Assembly: GCF_022045235.1 (NCBI RefSeq)
Contig: NW_027266269.1
Span: 8,308,001-8,372,000 of the forward strand
Direction: 5' to 3'
DNA: 64,000 bases
Source: Haliotis cracherodii
Lineage: Eukaryota
The notes under the pieces are model-generated. The model did not search any database. It saw nothing but the letters and a program-made list of their open reading frames with translations, and was not told the DNA's origin. Below are positions 13,901 through 23,800 of this stretch, piece by piece; the stretch's first letter is position 1; each line of letters starts with the position of its first letter. Both the position numbers and the translations under genes were made by a program.

Positions 13901-15341
13901 CAGAAGATTTAAGAAAGTGTCTCACTATATTTGAAGAATATTGTACTATGTGGAAACTTAAAGTCAGTGTTGACAAAACGGAAGTTGTTATTTTTGCCAA
14001 GCGCTCCACAAATAGAGTCTTCAATTTTATGTTAAATGGCTCGATTTTTCATGTTGTTAAAGAATATGTTTACCTTGGGGTTTTATTTGTAAGGCCCTAA
14101 AAAGACTGACAGATCAGGCATCTAGAGCAATGTATACTGTATTTTGTAAAATTAGAATATTGGAAATTCCTATTGACTGTCAATTGAAGTTATTTGATCA
14201 ACTTGTTCAGCCAGTATTGTTATATGGATCTGAGGTGTGGGGTTTTGAAAATGCTGTTGTCATTGAACGTGTACATCTTAAATTTTGTAAATATATTCTC
14301 AAGTTAAAACAGTCAACATCCGATTTCATGGTATATGGTGAACTAGGGAGGTATCCTCTCAGCATTTTCATCAAGATAAGAATGATTTCATATTGGTGCA
14401 AGCTAACATCATCACAAACTAGCCTTTCTAGTATAGTATATAAACTTATGTTTCAAATGTCCATTGCAAATCCAAATTACCATTTCCCAGTATTAAAAGA
14501 AGTAAAATGTATTCTTCAAAATATAGGCTTTAATTACATTTGGTTGTCTCAAACCTTTATTAGTGTCGCTTGGTTGAAACAAAATATGAAACGTGTTCTC
14601 ATTGATAATTTTCTGCAAAGATGGAGAGAATCAAAGGAAAATTCATCTAAAGGTTACTATTATAACATGTTTAAAGAGTTACCATCCCTAGAACCTTATT
14701 TACCAGAACTACCAATCACCTTACGCATCGCTCTTGTTCGTTTTAGAACAGCAAATCATAGATTGCACATTGAAACAGGAAGATGGTATAATATTGTAAG
14801 AGAGGAAAGAAAATGTACATTGTGTAAAAATTTGATATGTGATGAAATGCACTTTTTATTAGAATGTCCCAAACTCTCAGAATTTAAGAAACAATTTTTT
14901 ACCTCAATACTACTGTATGTATCCTTCTGCCGTAAAATTCTCTCATTTGATGCCCATTACTTATAAGCCAATTCTATTAAAACTTGCGAGTTATATAAGA
15001 TCATGTATGGAAATGTTCCACTGACATGTTTTCTCCTATTGTATCTAATTCCTGTATCCAATTACATCTCTGTATCACTGCCGTGATTTACGAGAATAAA
15101 CATCATTCAGGATCACCTACATAACCCAAAAACTTCCAGTAAATCCAGCCATGTATCTCATACTTCCAGGGATCACATACACTGTAATGATGCCCCAACT
15201 CTTCCAGTAAATCCAGTCATGAATGCAATCCCCGAAGATGAAGAGTCGGTTTCCATGGTAATGAGGAGGGGGCCGCAGGTGGAGCCACTGGGAGATCCTG
15301 CTGGCCTAGAAGAGGACTCAGTTGACGTCACGTGTGCGTGA
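916..15341 (+). CDS. Multi-exon ankyrin-repeat TRP cation channel gene (TRPA/TRPV-like), 15 coding exons, ~711 aa
   Basis: Exons 916-951, 1036-1184, 2426-2498, 3550-3687, 4467-4711, 5055-5136, 5584-5757, 5980-6053, 6315-6497, 7303-7476, 9184-9339, 10971-11057, 11928-12120, 12730-12929, 15170-15341. All have GT/AG boundaries with matching phases and total 2136 nt with no internal stop. Motifs: ankyrin (GQTALHVAV, GKMPYHLAI), pre-S1 HSVVRLLTRKKWKRYG, six hydrophobic segments, pore FWDILFTGLRILVEG, S6 VVLLNILIAQLSHTY, TRP-like helix, C-terminal coiled coil. The first three exons are less certain than the rest. Confidence 0.9.
1036..1184 (+). CDS. TRP gene exon 2 (VNDKEAG...DISGRG)
   Basis: cacag acceptor, open frame, CAG|gtttaa donor (phase 2). 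Confidence 0.55.
1967..2420 (+). repeat. 65-bp minisatellite, ~7 copies, ending at the exon-3 splice acceptor
   Basis: Unit tagacgagtatattcattgtaaatgatatacatgctgatattagccatatgtttgacacctcctg, repeated. Confidence 0.92.
2426..2498 (+). CDS. TRP gene exon 3 (RTVSLESCRISQLSVGITDEDFKAE)
   Basis: Acceptor ccaggtag (an alternative AG at 2420-2421 would give a start at 2422); GAG|gtaacg donor in phase 0 with exon 4. Confidence 0.65.
3128..3404 (-). mobile_element. tRNA-derived SINE (same family as 3795-4058, 53186-53407 and partial 17340-17560)
   Basis: Shared body (gggttcga B-box, atgattgtg, tttgtcagcac) and (ACTC)n tail. Confidence 0.8.
3550..3687 (+). CDS. TRP gene exon 4
   Basis: tattag acceptor; VLQKRQSNFITKLD...KRDDEKE; donor gtactg; phase 0/0. 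Confidence 0.8.
3795..4058 (-). mobile_element. tRNA-derived SINE with 13-bp target-site duplication
   Basis: ccttgaatcagta at 3782-3794 and 4059-4071 flanks the element; B-box ggttcgaatccc on the minus strand. Confidence 0.88.
4169..4430 (-). mobile_element. ~260-bp bipartite non-autonomous retroelement (copies also at ~18940-19195, 19880-20148, 28421-28690, 46045-46316, 47630-47872, 54908-55120)
   Basis: Copies share gacccgtgaagat...gtagaataggtcttcagcaacccatg...gtcgtaagaggcgac and the tail atagctggaatattgctgagtg...ttaaacaacaaacc. Confidence 0.8.
4467..4711 (+). CDS. TRP gene exon 5, ankyrin repeats
   Basis: LLQRGATLSAKDSTGQTALHVAV...DNNGKMPYHLAIDHRNDYIAALLL; donor gtgagc. Confidence 0.92.
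4843..4968. repeat. Compound (CA)n/(CACAG)n microsatellite
   Basis: Directly visible; it explains the VCVC/HTHT ORFs. Confidence 0.95.
5055..5136 (+). CDS. TRP gene exon 6
   Basis: tttctag acceptor, VRDLYIASTAEDKAECNFMTPLQKNMP, donor gtaggt; phases 2/0 fit. Confidence 0.85.
5584..5757 (+). CDS. TRP gene exon 7 (linker domain)
   Basis: tgtacag acceptor; QTAIGVLDSMLD...HIAHLQPK; donor gtgatc. Confidence 0.85.
5980..6053 (+). CDS. TRP gene exon 8 (pre-S1)
   Basis: EVAFHSVVRLLTRKKWKRYGRYWF matches the H-x-x-V-x-x-L-L-x-x-K-W pre-S1 motif of TRPA/TRPV channels; donor gtgagt. Confidence 0.92.
6315..6497 (+). CDS. TRP gene exon 9 (S1-S2)
   Basis: ccctag acceptor; two hydrophobic segments ending FEAYQMLK; donor gtaagt. 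Confidence 0.92.
6593..6676. mobile_element. Short palindromic MITE-like insert inside a Helentron/HINE-like repeat (~6520-6800)
   Basis: Inverted arms cacttgc..aagcgatcttagcgc / gcgctaagatcgctt..gcaagtg, flanked by ctgg on both sides. The host repeat starts tatccccaccacaaa...ggggatatagga...tgtccgtcc. Confidence 0.55.
7303..7476 (+). CDS. TRP gene exon 10 (S3-S4)
   Basis: YWKDRTNYFDLLASILLLLVIPLRF...GYLLWTLRIFEYAVVFR, the typical N-x-x-D S3 start. Confidence 0.92.
7930..8400 (+). mobile_element. Decayed Penelope-like reverse transcriptase fragment
   Basis: PLGTHCVPFVADLFLYAYESE and RDDFNFAIACYPF...VYTSQLLRY resemble the G-x-P-M-G-T-N-C-A-P and D-K-R-D-D-F-x-F motifs. A related fragment lies at ~15990-16140. 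Confidence 0.65.
9184..9339 (+). CDS. TRP gene exon 11 (S4-S5 linker, S5)
   Basis: HSGAHAQILWRIITSDFLQFLLVFVIILLAFSGSLVMAL; frame not in the ORF track; AAG|gtacta donor. Confidence 0.92.
9480..10150 (-). mobile_element. Highly decayed L2/CR1-group LINE ORF2 remnant
   Basis: Minus-strand pieces such as NSVFHAADSDQAANVVLLD, HNIRNIS and CFARPAPSLLNTLP. Confidence 0.45.
10736..10832. mobile_element. MITE-like inverted repeat, 25-bp arms with 1 mismatch
   Basis: gagaatttattgatgtcaacttctt ... aagaagttgacatccataaattctc. Confidence 0.6.
10971..11057 (+). CDS. TRP gene exon 12 (pore helix/filter)
   Basis: TFWDILFTGLRILVEGSPVVTYTGSRGYG; phases 2/2 fit; donor gtatgt. Confidence 0.88.
11525..11866 (-). 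mobile_element. tRNA-derived SINE with (CCTCA/CCTGA)n tail; related copies at ~41244-41550 and ~62449-62770
   Basis: Reverse complement head ggtctagtggtagagcgtccgcc...ggttcgatcccgaccgcgtcatacc contains A and B boxes. Confidence 0.8.
11928..12120 (+). CDS. TRP gene exon 13 (S6 and TRP-like helix)
   Basis: LMLIFLFTCIVVLLNILIAQLSHTYQNVQQDAQRAVELNRAWII; donor gtatga. Confidence 0.93.
12730..12929 (+). CDS. TRP gene exon 14 (C-terminal coiled coil)
   Basis: tttcag acceptor; ...IRHIREALDACQLHHNTVNTKLAQLEHILR; donor gtgagt. Confidence 0.85.
13269..15100 (+). mobile_element. 5'-truncated, decayed non-LTR retrotransposon (RTE-X/CR1-like) in TRP intron 14
   Basis: RT motifs NYRGISIL, QAGFRK..STIDNMF, GVRQGENLSPFLF, LYADD; C-terminal CTLC...DEMHFLLEC; stops and frameshifts; ends in AATAAA. 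Confidence 0.9.
15170..15341 (+). CDS. TRP gene last coding exon
   Basis: cttccag acceptor, phase 2; DHIHCNDAPTLP...DSVDVTCA then TGA; AATAAA follows at 15554. Confidence 0.75.
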
Positions 15342-15553
15342 TTGCCATGACAACGATCGACCAATATATCTAACGATTACAATTAGTGATGTATTATTGG
15401 AGTTATTATGGTACTTATCAGAGTCGGATCAAGAATTCTATTTTTTTACACAGAAGTCTACCTAAAAAATAACAGACACCATCAACCCCCTTCCCATGAG
15501 CCATGGACCCGCCACTGACATATATATGTGTTGTTTACATACAGAAATTATGT

Positions 15554-15559
15554 AATAAA
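15554..15559 (+). promoter_or_regulatory. Candidate polyadenylation signal of the TRP gene
   Basis: First AATAAA about 210 nt after the stop, followed by GT/T-rich sequence. Confidence 0.45.
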
Positions 15560-16146
15560 CATGTTGAAATTGTAAAGTGTTTGAAACAGATATGTCCTTT
15601 GTTATTTTGTTACTTGTTCTGTGGCTGTCACACAGAGCACGTATTCATTGTTAATTAATATACACTAATGAAGTAGTGCCATGAATGTTGGAATTATTGT
15701 GACATCATAAGCATCCATTAATTTTATATCATCCATAATTTCATGTAAGATGGGCTGATACAAAAGGTTCCCTTGATCTTAACCATATGTGGTTACTGAA
15801 CAGTATGAACCTTCGACCTCTTGACCTCCCATATTGTTTGCATACATATTTATTTTTACCTGCTGCATCCAATTTTCTTATTTATTGCTTCAGTAAAATA
15901 TACCCTTGCAGTATACAATGTGAGATAATGTCTGGATTCCTTTCCTCAAAGTAGACTTTTAAATGTCTCCACAAATAAATATTGAAACCGATATCTTCTG
16001 TTGTCTTCCTCAGGCAGCTTGACTTTGTACATCTACCAAGATGTTAAAGAACGTTATACGACTCTTGGTCAGAAGTTGTTTGATCAACGTTACAACATTC
16101 AAGGCCTCAGTAAAGCTTTCAAATTTTTTTTGGTAGACATGTGGAC

Positions 16147-16388
16147 GACATCAACAATCAAGAAATATCAAGAATTTAGAATATTCAACCCATACCGTTT
16201 TCGACTCCAAATAGTTTACATGAAGGAGGACATCAACAATCAAGAAATATCAAGAATTTAGAATATTCAACCCATACCATTTCCGACTCCAAATAGTTTA
16301 CATGAAGGAGGACATCAACAATCAAGAAATATCAAGAATTGAGAATATTCAGCCCATACCATTTCCGACTCCAAATAGTTTACATGAA
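16147..16388 (+). repeat. 82-bp tandem repeat, 3 copies
   Basis: gacatcaacaatcaagaaatatcaagaatt... starts at 16147, 16229 and 16311. Confidence 0.92.
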
Positions 16389-16659
16389 TCATTTCGTCGT
16401 CCACCCGTGAAGGTCCCGGTTAGAATCTTTAATAAGCCTGTCCACTTGCGAAAAACAACAAAATGACGTAGACGCCCCAAGCTTGTTAATTTATAACTTG
16501 GATATTGCGTCAAGCGGCTTGGATTCCTTTAATCCGACTTTGATTAATTTTTTTGTATGAAACCAGAGTTTCTAATACTAACAATCACTGGATTGTCTGG
16601 TCTAGACTGGATTATTTACCGCCGTCATATTCATGTTGGTGGAATACAGCGTGCAAGAA

Positions 16660-16856
16660 NNNNNNNNNNNNNNNNNNNNNNNNNNNNNNNNNNNNNNNNN
16701 NNNNNNNNNNNNNNNNNNNNNNNNNNNNNNNNNNNNNNNNNNNNNNNNNNNNNNNNNNNNNNNNNNNNNNNNNNNNNNNNNNNNNNNNNNNNNNNNNNNN
16801 NNNNNNNNNNNNNNNNNNNNNNNNNNNNNNNNNNNNNNNNNNNNNNNNNNNNNNNN
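16660..16856. other. Assembly gap (N run)
   Basis: 197 consecutive Ns. Confidence 0.99.
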
Positions 16857-19800
16857 TAAGACATGTGCTCGAAAACTATCTAAATAAATCTATTTGTCCT
16901 CCTCTAGTCTAACAGACTAAAATTGTATATATTCTTCAGTTGAGGTCGTTTCGTTTATACAATTACAATGTTATCGTTTTGCAGTCGTGTGTGGTCGCTG
17001 GTAATCTCAATGCACACGTAGCTGTTGACACCACGTTGCTTGGGATCACTATCATACTGCATTGAAAGGCGTACATTCCTGACAAGTCGGGCACTCGGAA
17101 TAACAATACACGCCACCCCATGTTAAACACTTGTCATGCCGACATGCGTGTATTATATCGCCTCTGTCATCTGTCCTTATGTTAGCATGCACCAGGACGT
17201 GTAGCGGGGAGACCGTCGAGGGGAAGGTAGACGAGAGCTACAACAACGTTGCTTTGGTGTAATTGTATGTGTGCATGTGCGATTATTATTTTCAAGAAAC
17301 CAATTCTAGCCCAGATACCCCACGTACACCAAGTCAAGATGTGCAGAGTTGCATCACTTCGACACGCCAGAAGCCTGTGATTGTGGGTTCGAATCCCTAC
17401 TCATACCGATAATGTTTCTAGGTTTGTTAGCACCATACCCGTGCTCGTCGGTTTCATCAGAGTGGCATTACTTCGAGCTTTCTCCCACATCAAGCTTCAA
17501 GCTGACCAGCCGCTGATATAACTGAGATACTGTTAAAGGCGGCAATAAATCCAACTCACGGAGGCACTTGTAACGTGTTTACTCACTACGTAGATCGATG
17601 CTCATGATGTCAATCACTGGATTGTCTGGTCTTCAGTATTTACAGACCTTTTCATATAGCTGGAATATTGCTCAACAAACAAACATGCACCTAGATTTCC
17701 TCGGAGTACAATCAGCAAAATGCTGTCGCTCGTACTCTTCACCAAAGTGGAAAACCTTTTCCGTTGGAAAGCTTGGGGTTTGATACAGCTGACCTGGCTC
17801 ATTAGACATAATGGTGAAAAAGAATGTAGCTTACACACACACTTGATAAACTGACCTGAACAATTGAGTTATGCAACATTGTGCGAAGGAATATCGGAAA
17901 ATTAACTGTATACTTTTGAAAGATCGATATTATTATATGACACTGTTTGACCCATGAAAATGTGTACGGCCTCAAATGGTCATCTTGAGAATCTGTTTGT
18001 TAGGTCCCGTCACGTGATGACGCACGAGCAGACGACAGTTTCCCCGTGTGCCATTGAACATTGTTTGACAACAATGTGGATATTTCATTCACACACTCAC
18101 TCCCACTGAGATTGTGTATTGAGGTTAGATATTTTATTCAGCTACAGCTACAAAAGCAGATATATTTTTATTTAAAACTGTGATCCTCGATAAGTTCAAC
18201 AAATTGTATTTGGGGGCAGCCAATTTTTTTAACAGTCTGAAGCATAGATATTTTTGTCAAGAATTTTCGGGGAGAACATATTTTTTTTTGCAATAGAATA
18301 CCAGTTCGGTCCCATATAAGCACCCACCCTCCAACCCCGCCCTACGCCCCGCGCCACTGATCAGGTACCTTGTTGGACAACAATGTGCACATTTCTGTCA
18401 ACGTAACTGTTACAAAACAAACACCCAGTGCCCTAACTTGTTTTAATGGCTGACTACAGTGGGAATCGGATCGTCAGGCTGTTAGTTGACGATGTCCTGT
18501 CATCGTACTCCGAATACAGCCTTCTCCTAATAGCATTGAACATTACGTACAACCGAGGAACATACACACGTTTATCTTGGTGTGTTTGAAGCCCCATATA
18601 CAGCAGGGGGGGGGAAGTGAACATGTCCTCAGCTCTGATGCTGGTTGCTAAGTTATTGTCATTAAATTTGTCGACTAATCGTGTCACAATACACCCCTTG
18701 GATTGTGGGCATTTTACTGACATCGACATGTTGTACACAGTTAAGGAAAGGAAACCCATCAAACATGCAACAGCGCAACAAATATCTGAGGTCTCTCCAG
18801 GTTTCTCACTGGAAGACAAACACGTGTTCCCTTCATACCTGTTTCCTTTTGTCTGACCATTAGTATGTTTGAATCGGGTCACAATAAGTATTTGGCCACA
18901 ATAAGCTTATAGTCAAATATGTACATAATCAACAAGACACATGACGATCCGGGTAGAATAGGTCTCTCAGCATCCCATGCATGCCATAAATAGCTTGTCG
19001 TAAGAGGCGACTAACGGGATCGAGTGGTCGGGCTCGCTGACTTGGTTGATGCATGTCATCGTATCCCCATTGCGTGGATCGATAATCATAATGTCAATCA
19101 CTTGATTGTCTGGTCCAGACTCTAATTATTTATAAACCACCATCATATGGCTGGAATATTGCTGCGTGCGGCGTTGCAACACACAAACAAAACAAACATG
19201 CTCAAATACTACAATTCTTAATACCACACTTCTCCATGGTATATTTTCCAGGCTGTTTTATTTTAACTAAAACTAGAATACTTACAACATGCACCTTTGA
19301 CCACACGAATAGGATTACGCTACCGCCAATGCCCCCATAAACACACCTACGTATGTGTAATGTGCTTTTAACGCCATTATCAAACGTTTACTTGTTTGAT
19401 AGCCTATATGTTCGTCACATCGTGGCACATGGTAAATAGCTGAGTCTTTGCCAAACATACAGTGACTAAAAGAATGAAAACATACCAAGCTGATGTAGTA
19501 CGATGACATGACATTCTGAAATGGCTAATATATGCTTTAGATTGTATGGATTCAGTCGTAAAGCCCGTAACTATCGTTCGGAATACACCATGTTAAAGTT
19601 TTCAGGGTTATATGATTAGAAATCATAATCCGACTGTCAATTTCGGGATCTGGTAAACAACGCTCTGATTGGTTGGATGAAAGGTCGTTCTGACGTGACC
19701 CCTAATGGGATGTCTTCAGATCTTTGTCTGGCAGTATCGAGAACTAAGATCTGATTTTAATGAGGTTGTTCTGTAACCAACTTTAAGCAAACAGAAAATA

Positions 19801-20852
19801 GTGAATTAGTAAACGTTCACCTCACGACGGACGTATTTCAGTGTATACAGTGACAAGAACAGTTAATCTGATAATGTTTATTTGTTTGCTTGTTTGTTGT
19901 TTAACGCCGCACTCGGTAATATTCCAGCTATATGACAGCGGTCTGTAAATAATCAAGTCTGGACCAGACGAACCAGTGATTGACATCATGAGCTATGATC
20001 CACGCAATTGGGATACAATGACATGCTTCAACCAAGTCAGCGAGCCTGGCAACCTGATCCCGTTAGTCGCCTCTTACGACAAGCATAGTCGCCTTTTACG
20101 CCAAGCATGAATTATTGAAGACCTTTTCTACTCGGATCTTCACGGGTCCAAAATAAAAGATATGTAAACGATGGACACGATTCCCCTAATAACTACCTGG
20201 ATTGAATCCATTGTTTGTTTCTTTGCATCAGGGTACATGTATTTACGTACACAGTATTCTGGTCAAAACAATGCTCTAAAAGGTCACGGGAAAACAAAGC
20301 TTAATTCAAGGATACTTTTAATAAAAAACAATAGTCCTATTTAATTTCTTTATCTATGTCTTTGATCTGAAAACAAAACCTTTCAGCTTTAATGTTTTAA
20401 AGAGAAACATTCAGAATCATAATTACTACAAACCTTTTAGTGCAATGAAGCGGCGACCAGACTGTGGGATAAATTGCCTTTTCACCACACAGAGATTCAT
20501 TCGTGGGATCAAACTGGGAAGAAACCACGTTAAATCGACAAACGTGAGTAGTTCCTTTTTCAAATCGTGCATCCCTTCTAGTATATATGTTACATATGAG
20601 TATATAATTACAAATGACAATGCGTCAGTCATGTATTATGTATCTGTTATTTCATCTGGCTATTTAAAAAGATTGCAAGATGTTTAAGGACGATTTCTTC
20701 TTGGGCAAATCTCTGGGAAATTCCATCAGTATTCTGTGGGGAGGAATACTTGGATTCTAAGCAGTACAGCTAATTTCAGTTGACGTTCAGAGACGTTGAG
20801 CCAACGTTATTTTGAGCGTCAGCCCTGCGTATACTTTGAACTCAATCTCATC

Positions 20853-23800
20853 AGTGAGTGAGTGAGTGAGAACACGTCACATCGGCAATATTTCAGCTAT
20901 ATTGTGACGAGATTAGACATCGTCAAGAAAGATATTTTCGATTGCATAAAACCTGTCTCCGAAGGAAATTACAATAACTAGATTATTACAGATTTGAGGA
21001 AACACTAGTTTGAGAAGATGTGAAAGAATAAACTATCATCAAACAACACAATGTATTATATGCAACTTTAGCCAACAATTAAAATGACAAATATGCTGCG
21101 ATTAAAACTAAGGTAGGAATAACATACGTTGTAAGACACAGCCTTACAAAGCCCTCTCAGGGGACAATCATTTTACAGTACTTCAACCCCCGTTAAGGGC
21201 ACAGCCATAAACAATCTCAGTTAATAGTTATACACTACCACTTTATCAGAAAAAACTATTTCCATTAAAATATATCAATAACTTCTATCTCTTTTAAAAA
21301 AACACCCGATAATTTAATGAGAGCTGATATGGTTGAAAAGATCAGATCTTTTAGCGATGAAACTTTGGAATATTGATCCCTTGTCCTGGAAAGATTAAAA
21401 TTTATCACTAAGTTCAATCAATATTCGTGTGTATATCGAGGCATCGTCTTACCATGACCTCTTCAAATCAGGACTAAGTGTGTGAGTGAGTTAAATTTTA
21501 CATCACATCGGCAATATTTCAGCCACATAGCGATGGAAAGTAGGTATTAGATTTAAAATATCTGTAGACAAGGACAGTAAAATAATAAGGTATATCACAT
21601 TTTCATAATAAAACAAACTAGATCATTTTAAAAAAATCATATACAGTAAACCACGGTTATAACAAACACGCTTATAACGAACTGACGGATATAACGAACT
21701 TACTTTTTGGTCACGACTAATTGCTGTAGTTATGCTGTATATATGCTTATAACGAACTACGGTTAGTTCGAACTAATATTAGTAGTCCCTTTGAGCTTGT
21801 TATAACCGTACTTTACTGTAGTTATACATTGATTAAGTCTCATCCATTTAAACAAGGCTATAGACCACCAATAACCAAAGATAGACCACATTACTGGATA
21901 TCATGGGAACTTACAGTACCTATGCCTCCTGCATGATCTCACAGCAGGATTTATGGTTACCAGTGGCAGTAACATATGCTAGCCAATATCCAAAGAGACA
22001 CAATACGATCTTACTTCTAAAACACAAGTCAATATTACTTACCTCAATCGAGAATGGATTAACGTGTCACTAACAGGACAATATTTTAACGCTACTTTAA
22101 CCACCCAAGTGGCACCACCATCAATAATCTCAGTTGATGCTAATGTTTAACTTATTAAAATGCATATTAACTAATCAAAATTTATATATTAGTTCTATTT
22201 CCCTTTAAAAAAAGAATTACAGGAGTACATAGATTATTAAAAAGGTCCCTTACAGAAGATGTATGATAATATCTATCCCTTGTGATAAGATAATCGACAC
22301 AGTAAAGCAAATCTGGACTGACAGGTGAAACCGATATTCGGTTTGATTTCATGTAACTGATTTATACCTACTTGAGAGTCCCACTTCTTTTGCATAAGAT
22401 CTCGGATGTAACATTTAATCACAGATTTGTAATTGCTGTATGGGATAAGAAATGGTGTCACAGATTTGTTGAGTGCTACTGTTTCTGCAGCATCCGTCAT
22501 TGTGTTGACTTTTATACCCACATGACTGGGCAACCAACAAAAGAGATGTCGTATTGGCCAGTTGAAAGCTCATTGAATAATTCTAAAATATTCACAATAA
22601 CTGGATGATTAGAAGAGACATTTTTCAGTGCATATCCCTGTTGATATACCAGTTGATTTGTGTCAGATTTTATAAAACGGGTTAGGGAAACATCTACTTC
22701 GGGCCTTACCAACTGCCAGGGAGATAAGAGCTGACATTATGGGGAGATAATTTCTTGGTCCAGATTAGCAGCATTATTGTGTAATTTGATCCGAACCAGC
22801 TTTGGTTTCCTCTGAACCAGTTCTTGATAGAGTGGATGAGTCATTGTCAGGTGATAAGAGGGATTGGAGTGTAATTAAGTGATATATTGAAGAGATAATT
22901 TAATACGGAGTTGTTTCAAAGAATATTCATTGGGAGAAGTTCTAAGACCACCAAGATATAGTATTAGTCCTTGGTGGTGGACTGAATCTAACTTTTTTAA
23001 ATTCATCTTTCAAGCTCCAGCATACACGATGGGGCCACAGTCTAAATTAGAGCGGATTAATTATCTCTTTAAGTGAAAAAGAGTTGTCTGATCCCCTCCC
23101 CACGTTGAATTAGCCTAGGGCCTTCAGACATTTTGTCTTTAAATATTTAATATGTGGCAAAAACGTCAAAAGTAGTCGAAAATCAACCCGCAAGATTTGG
23201 TTTATTTTACAAGCTTAATAGGAGCGCAATAAAAAAAGAGCCCTAGGTCTTTATAGGGATTATGTTTCGGACGGAAATGTATACAATTGGCCTAAAAGCC
23301 ATTCTTATGACATCATTTATGAATTTTATTAAGACACAGCAGTAAATGTCATTCAATGGTACACATATTTGTACTCAACATGAAATATTAAAATCATCCA
23401 CAAACAATTACCAATCTTTTGAGTCATCATAGACTTTGGACAAACTATTTATTGTATACTAAACAATGTGACAGACACAATACTGCCCTATGAGACCCCT
23501 TGATCCTGATTATAATGATCACACAGGGTTGATCCAACACGAACCTGAAATTGTCTGTCTGTTAAATACTGCGATACAAATTGAAGCAAGGGGCCTCTTA
23601 AACCCATGCGCTCCATGGTTTTACAAACACAGCTTGTTTATCAAATGGATCGATAATTTGATGGGTCTGTAGGACCCCTGCTAGGCTTGATATGGGTACG
23701 ACTATGACATGTCTCCACGAAGGAGGGAAATGCCTTTTGTCCAAATATCATCAAAAATATTCAGTGGTGTTGCGAGACAAGAGTCAGGTAAGTATTTTAG

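Noticed and set aside
16553-16912. ORFs containing poly-X
   Set aside because: Artefacts of the N gap.
16985-17070. VVAGNLNAH, resembling an APE endonuclease motif
   Set aside because: Isolated short match next to a gap, with no further LINE features.
18454-18882. 142-aa minus ORF with a faint piggyBac-like segment (IVTRLV...DMFTSPPL)
   Set aside because: Too degenerate; no TTAA-flanked TIRs or complete catalytic motif were seen. It needs an HMM search.
20445-20687. Conserved small ORFs shared by both units (also 40467-40953, 41011-41211 and 61645-62417 on the + strand)
   Set aside because: Conservation reflects the recent segmental duplication. No domain motifs were seen, and the 41011/62217 ORFs are merely antisense to the carboxypeptidase exon.
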